From positions 51,857-115,856 of the forward strand of contig CALEAV010000014.1 in NCBI GenBank assembly GCA_937943575.1: a DNA stretch of 64,000 bases. Reading direction: 5' to 3'. Position 1 is the stretch's first letter; each line of letters opens with the position of its first letter. The stretch is from an uncultured bacterium (GTDB lineage Bacteria > Desulfobacterota > Desulfobaccia > Desulfobaccales > 0-14-0-80-60-11). A program made the position numbers and the translations under genes. Shown here in pieces: positions 8,661 to 18,235 of the stretch. Under the pieces are notes generated by a model. That model did no database searches. It was not told the DNA's origin and was given only the letters and a program-made list of their open reading frames with translations.

Positions 8661-9650
8661 TCAGGGGGCCACATTCAGCCACACCACCCCGGACTCATAG
8701 TGGTCCGCCCCCCCGGAATCGTCGAACACCGCCAGGGCCAGGGGGTAACGCTGCCCTGGGAGGAGCACCGCGTCATCCTCGTGGCCGGTGTTCAGGCGCC
8801 GGGAGAGCATGAGTGTCCAGGTCTCTTTCCCATAAGCGCTCACCGCCCGGATGTCCGCCCGGGAGCCGCTGGGTACAAGGGGCATGTGATAGGTCAGGGT
8901 GTCCCCGGCCCGGAAGAGGGAATAATCCTCAATGGGGACCGCCTCCGCGGCCGGCAGGACCCCGTGCTTGCCGGGGCTCTTCCCCGGGGCCGGGGCAAAG
9001 CGAGGCCGGGTTTTGTCCTCCGTTTCATTGAGCTGCTCCCCGCCGCTGCCGGCATCCGGCTTTCTCCCCCCTGTGGTCTCGCTCACCGGCCCCAGCCAGG
9101 TGTCATCGGCATGCCCCACCGGGTCGGAGCGGCCCGCCTTCCAGTGCCACAGGTCTCCGCGGTGGGCGGCGGAGGTGGTCCCGAAGCGGCCGCCCCGGGC
9201 CGAGGTGGCCCCCGGCGGCAGGTGGCAGACCGCGGCACACCCCTGGGAGGCAAACTCCGGGATGGGAGTGATCTCGAAGAGCAGGGAGAGGCGGTCTTCA
9301 TTGCCCACCTGGTGCTGCCAGCGGCTGCCGTCAAACTTCCAGGCCTGGCGGGTGACGCTGAGGGTGGGGTCCGGCCACTGGAACCAGAAGAAAATCTCCT
9401 CCCCGCTCACTGCGGCTTTGGCGGTGAGCTTGAGGGTGCGGCCGGCGAACTTGTCCCGGCCCGTCATAGGGATAGTCACCGGGGGTATCCTCTGCCAGAC
9501 CGGGTCCGCCGGTCCCGTAGGGGCCTGAGGCACCCGGGGGGCGGTCCATTCCAGGCCGGAGGCCGCCACTGCCCCTGGACAGGCCGCCAGCATTACTCCC
9601 CAAACCATGGCCAAGGTTGCCCCGGCCACCCATTTCCGAAGAGTGGACAT
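8661..9650 (-). CDS. Secreted EB_dh-like (ethylbenzene dehydrogenase gamma / DMSO-reductase type II heme b-like) domain protein
   Basis: Signal peptide MSTLRKWVAGATLAMVWGVMLAA, then motifs typical of this heme-binding domain (FFWFQWPD, NEDRLSLLFE, CAAVCH, GDLWHWKAGRSDP). An AAGGAGG RBS precedes the ATG at 9650. Confidence 0.65.
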   Translation of the reverse strand: MSTLRKWVAGATLAMVWGVMLAACPGAVAASGLEWTAPRVPQAPTGPADPVWQRIPPVTIPMTGRDKFAGRTLKLTAKAAVSGEEIFFWFQWPDPTLSVTRQAWKFDGSRWQHQVGNEDRLSLLFEITPIPEFASQGCAAVCHLPPGATSARGGRFGTTSAAHRGDLWHWKAGRSDPVGHADDTWLGPVSETTGGRKPDAGSGGEQLNETEDKTRPRFAPAPGKSPGKHGVLPAAEAVPIEDYSLFRAGDTLTYHMPLVPSGSRADIRAVSAYGKETWTLMLSRRLNTGHEDDAVLLPGQRYPLALAVFDDSGGADHYESGVVWLNVAP

Positions 9651-9672
9651 CTTTTCCTCCTTTTTGCGATGA

Positions 9673-9693
9673 AGACTCTGTCTCAATTATTTT
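9673..9693 (-). promoter_or_regulatory. AT-rich 20-nt element shared with the fur upstream region (candidate operator/promoter)
   Basis: Plus-strand AGACTCTGTCTCAATTATTTT, 23-43 nt upstream of the heme-domain gene start. It matches 10168-10187 nearly perfectly, in the same orientation. Confidence 0.35.
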
Positions 9694-9716
9694 CCAAAAA
9701 TTTTTCCTTCCCCCTC

Positions 9717-10157
9717 TCATCCCTCCTTCCCTTGACAGGCGGCACACCAGCCATAGACCTCCAGTTTGTGGCCGGTGACCTGGAAGTGATGGGCCGCGGC
9801 CAGTCGGGCCTCCACCCCGGGCAGCGCCTCATCCCGAAACTCGATGACGCGCCGGCAGCCCAGGCAGCGCAGGTGGGAGTGCTGCTCGTGGCCATAGACG
9901 TGCTCGTAGTGCATATGGCCGTCCTCCACGAAGACCTCCGCCACCAAGCCGCTCTCCACCAAGAGGCCCAGGGTGCGATAGACCGAGGCCCGGGAGACGG
10001 TAAGACCCCGGGCCCGCAGACGCCGGTGCAGCTCCTCGGCGTCAAAGTGGTCATGATGGGCAAAGACCTCCCGCAGCACCGCCTTCCTTTCCGGGGTCCA
10101 GCGCCTGCCTTTGCGGGCCAGGAAATTCCGGAAGACCTGTTCCTCGTCGCCAGCCAT
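9717..10157 (-). CDS. Fur-family metalloregulator (Fur/Zur/PerR type not resolved)
   Basis: Winged-helix region (HFDAEELHRRLRARGLTVSRASVYRTLGLLVESGLV), an HxH cluster (HYEHVYGHEQHSH) and two CxxC pairs (CLGCRR, CAAC). Confidence 0.85.
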   Translation of the reverse strand: MAGDEEQVFRNFLARKGRRWTPERKAVLREVFAHHDHFDAEELHRRLRARGLTVSRASVYRTLGLLVESGLVAEVFVEDGHMHYEHVYGHEQHSHLRCLGCRRVIEFRDEALPGVEARLAAAHHFQVTGHKLEVYGWCAACQGKEG

Positions 10158-10167
10158 ATTTTTATTG

Positions 10168-10200
10168 AGACTCTATATCATTATTTTTTATCCCAGTCAA
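10168..10200 (-). promoter_or_regulatory. fur promoter region with the shared AT-rich element and a Fur-box-like AATAATGATAT
   Basis: The minus strand reads TTGACT-N17-TATAGA. The element AGACTCTATATCATTATTTT (10168-10187, plus strand) is a repeat of 9673-9693. Confidence 0.35.
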
Positions 10201-10212
10201 GACGTCGGAGCA

Positions 10213-11268
10213 CTATTCGGAGCTGGCCAAAGGGGCTTCGATCCAGGCGCCCCCCAGGAGCCGGTCCCCCGCATAGAAGGCCACCGCCTGCCCCGGGGCC
10301 ACCGCTGCCTGGGGCTGGGCGAAGAAGACGGTCAGGCGGCCGTCGGCCTCCTGGCGTATGCGGGCCTGCACCCCCGGATGGCGGTAGCGGATCACCGCGG
10401 TGGCCTCCACCTCCCCGCCCGGCGGCTTCGTGAGCCAGTTCGGCGCCAGCGCCCGCAGGCCCGGGGCGTAGAGCTCCGCCTTGGGCCCCACCACCAGGCG
10501 GTTGGTCTCCGGGCAGAGCCTGAGCACGTAAAGGGGCTCCCCAGCCGCCAGACCCAGCCCCCGGCGCTGCCCCACGGTGTAATGGATCAGCCCCTGATGC
10601 CGGCCCAAATAGCGCCCCCGGAGGTCCACCATCTCCCCCGGTGGCGCCGCCGCCCCGGCCCGGCGGAGGAACTCCCGGTAGCCCTCCGGCGGGATGAAGC
10701 AGACCTCCTGGCTCTCCGGGGGCAGGTCCACCCCCGGCAGGCCCAGCTCCCGGAACCGGCGCCGCACCTCCGCCTTGGTGAGCTCGCCCAGGGGGAAGAG
10801 GACGCAGGGCAGAAGCTCCCGGGGCAGGCGCTGCAGGAAGTAGGACTGGTCCTTCCCCCGGTCGGCGCCCCGCCAGAGGCCGAAGCCCCCCTCCGGCGCC
10901 GGCCGCCGCCGGACATAGTGGCCGGTGGCTAAAAAGGAGGCACCCAAGGCCCGGACCCTCTCCCACAGGACCCCGAACTTGATCAGGGCGTTGCACCGCA
11001 CACACGGATTGGGAGTCAGCCCCCGGGCGTAGCTCCGGACAAAGTGGCGCACCACCCGGGCCTCGAACTCCGGGCGCAGGTCCACCTCCACGAAAGGGAG
11101 CCCCAGGGCCAGGGCCAACCGGGCCGCCCGCGGGCCACCCTCTGCGGCCTCCGTCAGCCGCAGGTGGACCGCCAGGACCTCAAAGCCCTGCTCCCGGAGC
11201 AGGTGGGCGGCCAGGGCGCTGTCCACCCCGCCGCTGAAGGCGACGGCCACCGCCTCAGACATGGTCAA
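10213..11268 (-). CDS. mnmA: tRNA 2-thiouridine(34) synthase MnmA
   Basis: PP-loop motif AFSGGVDSA, the conserved NPCVRCN and FLATGHY motifs, and a length of 351 aa. Confidence 0.9.
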   Translation of the reverse strand: MTMSEAVAVAFSGGVDSALAAHLLREQGFEVLAVHLRLTEAAEGGPRAARLALALGLPFVEVDLRPEFEARVVRHFVRSYARGLTPNPCVRCNALIKFGVLWERVRALGASFLATGHYVRRRPAPEGGFGLWRGADRGKDQSYFLQRLPRELLPCVLFPLGELTKAEVRRRFRELGLPGVDLPPESQEVCFIPPEGYREFLRRAGAAAPPGEMVDLRGRYLGRHQGLIHYTVGQRRGLGLAAGEPLYVLRLCPETNRLVVGPKAELYAPGLRALAPNWLTKPPGGEVEATAVIRYRHPGVQARIRQEADGRLTVFFAQPQAAVAPGQAVAFYAGDRLLGGAWIEAPLASSE

Positions 11269-11378
11269 AAATCCGAAAGAAAATTTGAAGATTATGTTTA
11301 GGTTATGAATCTATATTTAACTTATCGATAATCGGGGAAATTTTCCAGGATTACGGCGATGGCGAACCGGCGGATGTT

Positions 11379-11819
11379 TTATTTTTGAAACATTTCCGCC
11401 GGGCCGGCGGCAGGAGGCAAAAAGGAGGGGCCCTCCAGGAAGGCGACGGCCACCCCTGAGGCAAACCCAGAGGCCTGATGATCTTCCAGGCGCACCACCC
11501 GGCCCCGGGCATGCAGGTGCTGGGTGTGGGTCCGGTCCAGACCCGGGACATAACAGAGGATGGAGAGCTCCAGCACCAGGCCCGGCAAGGCGGAAAAAGG
11601 CTCTTCTGTAAAGAAATAGGCGCCGCTCAGGCTGAGATCCCGGAGCACTCCCCGGCCCTGCACCGGGCCGCGGCCATCCGCACCCTGAAGGCGAAAAGTC
11701 AGCGGCAGACTGATCCGCAGACGATGGAAGCGACGCCGCTCCTCCTTGGGGGGCGTCAGCATCTCCTTGGGCAGGGAACAGACCGGGCCGTGGGGCATAC
11801 TTTCGCTTTTGCACTTCAT
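11379..11819 (-). CDS. PilZ domain protein (c-di-GMP receptor family)
   Basis: An RxxxR motif (RRRFHRLR) followed by D-x-S-x-x-G (LRDLSLSGAYF), in the canonical PilZ arrangement. Confidence 0.7.
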   Translation of the reverse strand: MKCKSESMPHGPVCSLPKEMLTPPKEERRRFHRLRISLPLTFRLQGADGRGPVQGRGVLRDLSLSGAYFFTEEPFSALPGLVLELSILCYVPGLDRTHTQHLHARGRVVRLEDHQASGFASGVAVAFLEGPSFLPPAAGPAEMFQK

Positions 11820-11979
11820 GTGCCAGGGGGGAGCCCTGGAGGAGGAATCATCCTTTTGAGCAGAGAGGCTTCCCCCTTGACGCCGGGCGCCCCTTCCTTT
11901 ACCATGTCAGTGTAAAACCGCGCCGTCGGCGGCTGTCCGCCTGCCCGCCCTTCCCGCCGGCACAGGGGTTCACCCAGGC

Positions 11980-12798
11980 ATGTCACACATCGTCGCCGTC
12001 ATCAACCAAAAAGGGGGCACGGGCAAGACCACCACCGCCATCAACCTGGGCGCCGGCCTGGCCTACCGGGGGCTCCGCACCCTGCTGGTGGACCTGGACC
12101 CCCAGGCCCACACCACCATCGGCATCGGGGTGGACCCGGACGAGTCCCGGGAATGCATGGCGGAGGTCTTCACCATCCCCCGCAAGTCCATCCGGGATGT
12201 CATCGTGGAGACCTACATCCCCTGGCTCTTTCTGGCCCCCGCCCACATCCGCCTGGCCCGGGCGGCGGAAGCCGCCTACAGCCGGGTCTTCAAGGAGGCC
12301 ATCCTGGCCCAGTCCCTGAAAGCCGCGGATTACGAGTTCATCATCATCGACTGTCCCCCGTCCTTGGGGGTGCTCACCACCAACTCCCTCTTTGCCTGTG
12401 ACTTCATCATCATCCCCTGCCAGATTTCCCGCTATTCCCTGGACGGCCTGGCGGACCTGCTGCAGACCATCGAGACCGTCAAGGACCTCTCCTCCCAGGA
12501 GCTCTTTGAGGGGGACCATTTCCGCATCCTCCTCACCATGTACGACCGGCGCAACCGGGTGACCAACGAATACATCCTGGAGCAGCTCAAGCCCTACCGG
12601 GAGCGCACCTTCTCCACCCTGATCATGAAGAATGAGGCCCTCAACCAGGCCCAGATCGCCCAGAAATCCATCTTTGACTACGACCCCAAGAGCTCCGGCG
12701 CCCTGGACTACCAGCGCCTGACGGACGAATTTCTGGCACTATGTCAAAAAAGAAGCAGCTTACCGGTAAGGCCACCAAGCTGGCAAAGCTGCAACTGA
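11980..12798 (+). CDS. ParA/MinD-family ATPase (orphan ParA-like)
   Basis: Deviant Walker A (NQKGGTGKTTTAINL), Walker A-prime (LLVDLDPQ) and Walker B (FIIIDCPPS). Confidence 0.85.
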   Translation: MSHIVAVINQKGGTGKTTTAINLGAGLAYRGLRTLLVDLDPQAHTTIGIGVDPDESRECMAEVFTIPRKSIRDVIVETYIPWLFLAPAHIRLARAAEAAYSRVFKEAILAQSLKAADYEFIIIDCPPSLGVLTTNSLFACDFIIIPCQISRYSLDGLADLLQTIETVKDLSSQELFEGDHFRILLTMYDRRNRVTNEYILEQLKPYRERTFSTLIMKNEALNQAQIAQKSIFDYDPKSSGALDYQRLTDEFLALCQKRSSLPVRPPSWQSCN

Positions 12799-13115
12799 CC
12801 CGGGCCCTCTCGCAGAAGATGGAGGAGTCCGAGCCCGGGCCGTGGCAGCCGGCGGCGCCGGAGGCGCACCTGCCGACGCCGTCGCCCCAACTGCCCCTGT
12901 CCTGGGAGGATCTGGCCGAAGGCGCCGCGGGCCTGCTGCAGGCCGCCTACGCCCTGGTGCGGGGGGAGATGGCGGAGCTGCACGCCCTGGTCAACGGCCT
13001 GCCCGTCCCGGAATCCTGGGAGCCGAACCACACCCCCGACCTGACCGCCATCAAGAAAGCCCTGAGACTCACCAGACAGGAGCTGCAGGAAGTCTCCCGA
13101 CTCTACTCCCCCTGA
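12741..13115 (+). CDS. Hypothetical small protein with a basic N-terminus (possible ParA partner)
   Basis: The ORF starts MSKKKQLTGKATKLAKLQLTR and overlaps the parA-like 3' end by 58 nt. An alternative start lies at 12819. I saw no clear RBS for either start and recognised no family. Confidence 0.4.
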   Translation: MSKKKQLTGKATKLAKLQLTRALSQKMEESEPGPWQPAAPEAHLPTPSPQLPLSWEDLAEGAAGLLQAAYALVRGEMAELHALVNGLPVPESWEPNHTPDLTAIKKALRLTRQELQEVSRLYSP

Positions 13116-13419
13116 GCCCGGCAGGGGTGGGGGAACGGGAGGCATCGCCTGCCTCCGCAATTATGGGGGTGGGGAGAGGGCAAGAGAAAGGGGGCAGGTG
13201 CCCGCCATCGGGCCCCCTCTCCCTTGCCAGTCTGGAGGATACATCCCGGGGGTAAGGGGGGCCAGCCCGTGAGCCTTGGGGCTTGCCACCCGGACGGAAC
13301 AAGAATGGATCTGCCGGGGGGAGGACCGAGGGCCCGGGGCGCCGCCGGGGTCCCGTCCCAGTCCCCTGGGCCACCCCCAAAGAGGGGGGGACGGCGTTCC
13401 CGGGCCTCCTCTCCCCCGT

Positions 13420-14085
13420 TCATTTGTAGCCCACGGGCATGATGATCAGAGGTTCGTGCTCCCGGGGGAGCTTCAGGAGGGCGGCCAGGGTCTGATCCTC
13501 GAAGGCCCCCACGATTCCCGCCCCCAGCCCCAGGGCTTCGGCCTGCAGAAAGAGGTTCTGGCCGGCGTGGCCCACCTCCATGTGGGTGTAGCGGATGCCC
13601 CGTTGGCCGTAGCGGGCGGTGCAGCGCCGGTAGTCCGCGGCGATGACCACCATCACCGGCGCCTCCGCCATCCAGCCCTGGTGAAGGGAGGCCCGGGCCA
13701 CCGCCCCCCGGAGATCCCCCGGGGTCACCGGCGCCAGGGCGTGGGAGCCGGGGAGGTAACGATACACCCCGGCGGGCAGCCCCTCCACCCCCCGCTCCCC
13801 GGCCACCAGGTAGAGCTCCAGAGGGAAGGTGGCCCCGGCGGAGGGCGCGGTGCGGAAGCCCCGGGGGTCGCTCACGCCGTCGGTGGCCCACAGAAGCTGT
13901 CCCACCTGGGCCTGGGTGAGGCTGCGGCGGGCAAAATGGCGCACCGTCCGCCGGGCCTTCAGGGCCTCCTCCACCGACCCCTGCCCCGTGAAGACCGGCG
14001 GCGGCAGCCGGATCTCACCGGCCCCGGCGGTCCCGGAGAAAAGCATCAGGCTGAGAACCAACATCGCAGTCCCCCAGCGCAGCAT
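13420..14085 (-). CDS. Secreted nitroreductase-family (SagB-type dehydrogenase-like) protein
   Basis: N-terminal signal peptide, then nitroreductase motifs (RRTVRHF, LLWATDGV, AGQNLFLQAEALGLGAG). Confidence 0.75.
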   Translation of the reverse strand: MLRWGTAMLVLSLMLFSGTAGAGEIRLPPPVFTGQGSVEEALKARRTVRHFARRSLTQAQVGQLLWATDGVSDPRGFRTAPSAGATFPLELYLVAGERGVEGLPAGVYRYLPGSHALAPVTPGDLRGAVARASLHQGWMAEAPVMVVIAADYRRCTARYGQRGIRYTHMEVGHAGQNLFLQAEALGLGAGIVGAFEDQTLAALLKLPREHEPLIIMPVGYK

Positions 14086-14271
14086 ATGACCCCTCAGCGG
14101 TCCTGATGGTGTCTGCGGGTTCCCGGGGTAAGGCGTCAGCCCCTGGGACGCACCCCAGGGCTCCCCATCCTTGCAGGTGGGGCCTGGGGCAATGGCCTTG
14201 GCCCCCCTCCCGCGCCCTCTCCCCGCCCCGCTGCAGGGCTGGCGGGGAAGCCATGCCTGTTCCCCGGCTTT

Positions 14272-14541
14272 CTACGTCTGCCGGCTGCGGGCCCGGATCT
14301 TCAGGAAGATGGCCACGCCCGAGGTGGCCATGCCCACCGCGCCCAGACCCACCAGGAGGCGGTAGAGGTGCCCCAGGGGGCCATCCCAGAAATGCAGCTT
14401 GGTGAGGCTGCCGAACAGACCCGGGGATTTGAGGAGAAACTCCGCGGCCACCAGGGCTCCGGAGGCGGCCTGGAGAAAGATGAACAGGGCCAGAATGATG
14501 CCCATGGTGCGATGCCCCCGGCGCAGTTCCGCTTCCGTCAT
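14272..14541 (-). CDS. Small two-TM membrane protein (PepSY-TM-like)
   Basis: 89 aa, MTEAELRRGHRTMGIILALFIFLQAASG...LVGLGAVGMATSGVAIFLKIR. A GGAAAGGAGAGG RBS precedes the ATG at 14541. It is embedded in a longer spurious ORF. Confidence 0.55.
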   Translation of the reverse strand: MTEAELRRGHRTMGIILALFIFLQAASGALVAAEFLLKSPGLFGSLTKLHFWDGPLGHLYRLLVGLGAVGMATSGVAIFLKIRARSRQT

Positions 14542-14642
14542 CTCACCTCTCCTTTCCTGCATCAGATAGGATGTCTGGGCTGCCTTGGCAAGGGGGGCAC
14601 AGGGAAAACCTGGGCCCACCGCCGTTGGGGCGCCGCCGGCCC

Positions 14643-17228
14643 CTACTCTTCCTTCAGGATGTGGGCCAGGTGAGGTTTGACCGCCCGCCAGGCCGGCACC
14701 GCCCCGGCCATAAGCCCCAGGGCCACCACCAGCACCAGGCTTTGCAGATAGATCCCGGGGGTGAAAAAGAGGCGGATGGTCCAGCCGAAGGCCTGCTTGT
14801 TGATGACGAAGATCAGGAGGAGGGACAGCACCGAGCCGGCCCCGGCACCCAGGAGGAAGCTCAGGAAGCTGGCCAGGCCCGACTCCACCAGGACCATGCC
14901 CACAATCTGGCGCCGGGAGGCCCCCATGGCCTGGAGGAGAGCCAGATCCCGCTCCCGGTCGATGATGAGCACCAGAAAGGTGGTGATGATGCCGAAGACC
15001 GCCACCAGGACCGCCACCCCCTCCAGGGCGTAGGTGACGGCAAAGGTGCGGTCGAAGATCTCCAAAATCCCATGGCGCAGGTCCTGGTGCGACAGGGCCA
15101 GGAGCCGGTAGCGGCCGCCGTAGCGGGCCTGCAGGGAGGCCTGCACCTCCTGCACCCGGCCCGGGTCCCGGAGATACAGGCGCACGGCGTTGAGATGCCC
15201 ATCCCGCCAGTAGCGCCGGAACTGGTGCAGGTCCATCCACAGGCTGGGGCCGTCGGTGCGGAAATCATAGAAGACCCCGCGGATCTGCACCTGCCGGGGG
15301 CCGGAGGGCGTGGGCAGCTCCACCACCTGCCCTTCCCGCCAGCCGAAGGTCTCCGCCAGGGGCTCCGAGATGATCACCGCCCCGGGGGCGGCATCCCCCG
15401 GAGGCGCGGCCTGAGCTGCGGCGGCCATCTCCTGGAGGATGGCGACGCTGTCCCCCTGGCGGAACCACATGCCCCCGTATTTGGCCAGGATGTCAAAACT
15501 CCCCCCGATGACCAGCACATAGCGGTCCCGAAAAGGCAGGCGCACGCAGCGGTAGAGATAGATGTCCCGGACCTCCGGGTCTCCCTTCAGCTCCGCCACG
15601 ATCTCCGGCGGCAGGTAGCGGTCGTAGGCGGCAGTGGAGAAGACCGCCGGCCCGAAGAAGATATCGCCGCTGATGGAGCGGCTGATCCACAGGTTCACCG
15701 TCTCCCGGAAGGAGCCGATCATCACCGCCACCGCAATGAGCATCCCCAGGGCGCAGGCCAGGGCGGCGATGGACACGGCGCTGCGGGAGAGCGACCCGGA
15801 GAGATACCGGCACCCCAGCTCCCCGGCCACCCCGATAAACCGTCCCAGCCCCGGCGCCAGCCCCCGGCCCAGGAGCAGGGCGGCAACGGGGGTAAAAAGG
15901 GCAAAGGACAGCAGGATGAGAAAGGCGGCCACAAACCCGGGGATGGGAAGGGCCCTGGCCTCCAGGGCCGCCAGGGCGCCGGCCGTGACCAGAGCGAGGA
16001 GCCCCCCGCCCGCCAGCCGCCAGGCCCGCCGGGTGAGCACCTCCTCCAGCTCCTCCCGGAACCACACGGCCCTGACCCGGGTGCGGGCCGCCTCCAGGGC
16101 CGGCACCAGGGCCGCCGCCAGGGTGGCCAGCACCGCCAGCGCCCAGGCCTGGAGCAGAAGTTGCGGATTAAGGCTCAGATGCCGGGCCGCCACCGGGGTG
16201 TAGAGCGAGGTGAGGGTGTCGGTGACCAGCCCCAGGGCCCCCCGGGCCAAAAGGAGGCCCAGAAAAAGGCCCACCAGGCCCCCCACCAGCCCGGTGAAGA
16301 GGCCCTCGGCCACAAACAGGGCGAGGACCTGCCGGGCCCCCAGGCCCAGGGTGCGCAAAAGCCCGATCTCCCGGCGGCGCCGCACCACCGACAGGGTGAC
16401 GGACTGGTAGATGAGGAACATGCCCACAAACAGGGCGATGGCGCTCAACACCTGGAGGTTGAGGCGGTAGGAGGCCACCAGCCCCTCCATCTGCCGGGCC
16501 TGGGCCCCGGGCCAGTTCACCTCCACCCCCGGCGGCAGCACCCTCCGCAACGCCGCGGCGGTCTCCTCCCCGGGGAGGCGGCCGATGACGTCGATATAGT
16601 CAAGGCGGCCGATGCGGTCTACCAGCTCCTGGGCCCCGGCCACATCCATGAGGAGGACCGCCCCCTCCAGGGGATACAGACCCCCAGGGGCGCGGAAGGT
16701 CCCCGCCACGGCCAGCTCCGCCACCCGGGCCCCGGCGGTCACCCGCAGCCGGGCCCCGGCCGTGAGGCCCAGACGCCGGGCCAGGGGCTCGCTCGCCAGC
16801 ACGGTGCCGGGCCGGGCGAGGAAGTCCTCCAAGGCCGCCCTCCCCCCTGAGGCCCCCTCAAATTCATACTCCCGGATGGCCGCCTCGGCGAAGGGGTCCA
16901 CCCCCAAAAGGAGGACCGGTCCGAAGCCCGGCCCCTCCAGCTCCAGGACGCTCTCCACTACCGGGGCCGCGGCCCTGACCTCGGGCAGGCGCCGCACCTG
17001 GAGGAAGAGCTCCTCGGGCAGAGGGGCGCCGGGCGCGCTCAACCGCCACTCGGCCCGGCCGGAGACCGCGGCCACCGACCGCCGGAAGCTCTCCAGGGCG
17101 CTTTCCCCCGCCAGGGCGATGCCCAGATAGACCGCGGTGCCCAGGGCGATGCCGAGGACTCCCAGGAGGGTGCGGCCCGGGAATTCGGTGAGGTGTCTGA
17201 GGGGCAGGCGCAGGAGCCACAGCCTCAT
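14643..17228 (-). CDS. ABC transporter permease with two FtsX/MacB-type domains
   Basis: 861 aa containing two 4-TM FtsX-like modules separated by large periplasmic regions. Its start overlaps the stop of the ATPase gene immediately upstream. Confidence 0.85.
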   Translation of the reverse strand: MRLWLLRLPLRHLTEFPGRTLLGVLGIALGTAVYLGIALAGESALESFRRSVAAVSGRAEWRLSAPGAPLPEELFLQVRRLPEVRAAAPVVESVLELEGPGFGPVLLLGVDPFAEAAIREYEFEGASGGRAALEDFLARPGTVLASEPLARRLGLTAGARLRVTAGARVAELAVAGTFRAPGGLYPLEGAVLLMDVAGAQELVDRIGRLDYIDVIGRLPGEETAAALRRVLPPGVEVNWPGAQARQMEGLVASYRLNLQVLSAIALFVGMFLIYQSVTLSVVRRRREIGLLRTLGLGARQVLALFVAEGLFTGLVGGLVGLFLGLLLARGALGLVTDTLTSLYTPVAARHLSLNPQLLLQAWALAVLATLAAALVPALEAARTRVRAVWFREELEEVLTRRAWRLAGGGLLALVTAGALAALEARALPIPGFVAAFLILLSFALFTPVAALLLGRGLAPGLGRFIGVAGELGCRYLSGSLSRSAVSIAALACALGMLIAVAVMIGSFRETVNLWISRSISGDIFFGPAVFSTAAYDRYLPPEIVAELKGDPEVRDIYLYRCVRLPFRDRYVLVIGGSFDILAKYGGMWFRQGDSVAILQEMAAAAQAAPPGDAAPGAVIISEPLAETFGWREGQVVELPTPSGPRQVQIRGVFYDFRTDGPSLWMDLHQFRRYWRDGHLNAVRLYLRDPGRVQEVQASLQARYGGRYRLLALSHQDLRHGILEIFDRTFAVTYALEGVAVLVAVFGIITTFLVLIIDRERDLALLQAMGASRRQIVGMVLVESGLASFLSFLLGAGAGSVLSLLLIFVINKQAFGWTIRLFFTPGIYLQSLVLVVALGLMAGAVPAWRAVKPHLAHILKEE

Positions 17229-17890
17229 GCCACCACCCGCCCGTCCCTCAGGCGCACTTCCCTTTGGGCATAGGCCGCCGCCTCCGGGGCATGGGTCACC
17301 ATGATGATGGTCTGGCCCTGCTCCCGGTGCAGCGCCGCAAAGAGCTCCATCACCTGCCGGCTGGTGGCGTGATCCAGGTTGCCGGTGGGCTCATCCGCCA
17401 GGAGCACCGCCGGCCGGTTGATGAGGGCCCGGGCCAGGGCGGCCCGCTGCATCTCCCCCCCGGAGACCTGGTGCGGCTTATGCGCGGCCCGGTGGGCCAG
17501 CCCCACCAGGGCCAGCCAGCGGCGGGCCTCCGCCGCTGCCTGGGCGGAGGAGGCCCCCTGGAGCACCCGGGGCAGGGCCACGTTTTCCTCCAGGGTCAGC
17601 AGCGGCAGCAGGTTGAAGGCCTGGAACACCACCCCCACACAGTCCCGGCGGAAGAGGGTGAGCTCCCGCTCCGTCAGGGTGGCCAGATCCCGCCCCGCCA
17701 CCACCACTCGGCCGCGGCTGGGCGCCTCCAGGCCGCCGATGAGGTGCAAAAGGGTGCTCTTGCCGCAGCCGCTCTTGCCGGTGATGGCCAGAAACTCCCC
17801 CGCCTGGACCTTGAGGTCCACCTGACGCAGGGCGGCGATCTCCACCTCCCCCCGGCGATAGGTTTTGCTCACGGCGGACAGTTCAATCAT
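17225..17890 (-). CDS. ABC transporter ATP-binding protein (MacB/LolD-like)
   Basis: Starts [14 protein letters not shown]. Walker [10 protein letters not shown], signature [15 protein letters not shown] and Walker [12 protein letters not shown] are present. Confidence 0.9.
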   Translation of the reverse strand: MIELSAVSKTYRRGEVEIAALRQVDLKVQAGEFLAITGKSGCGKSTLLHLIGGLEAPSRGRVVVAGRDLATLTERELTLFRRDCVGVVFQAFNLLPLLTLEENVALPRVLQGASSAQAAAEARRWLALVGLAHRAAHKPHQVSGGEMQRAALARALINRPAVLLADEPTGNLDHATSRQVMELFAALHREQGQTIIMVTHAPEAAAYAQREVRLRDGRVVA

Positions 17891-18235
17891 GCCGGCAGGA
17901 ATCCTTCCTTTTCCGGGTATTATAACCTGACTGGCGGCACCCAGGTCCGTCGGGCCAGGCCGCGGGGGATGACCCCCGGCCGTCTTCCCCGCCCTCACGG
18001 ACCTGAGTCTCCTGACCCCGGGAGGCCAAGGACACCTTGGCCCACTGGACCCCGCCCTGCGGGCCTCCCGGCACTCCACGCCCGGCAGAGGACCACCAGG
18101 CAGAGCCCCCGTCAGCCCCACCGCCCATTTTTAAAGTTCCCCCCCGGGCGGCCGATGGGTGAAGTGAGGGACGGAGCACAGGGTCGCCGGCGCCGTCGGG
18201 TCGCCAGGCGGCCACCCCTTCCAGGGACGGAGAGC

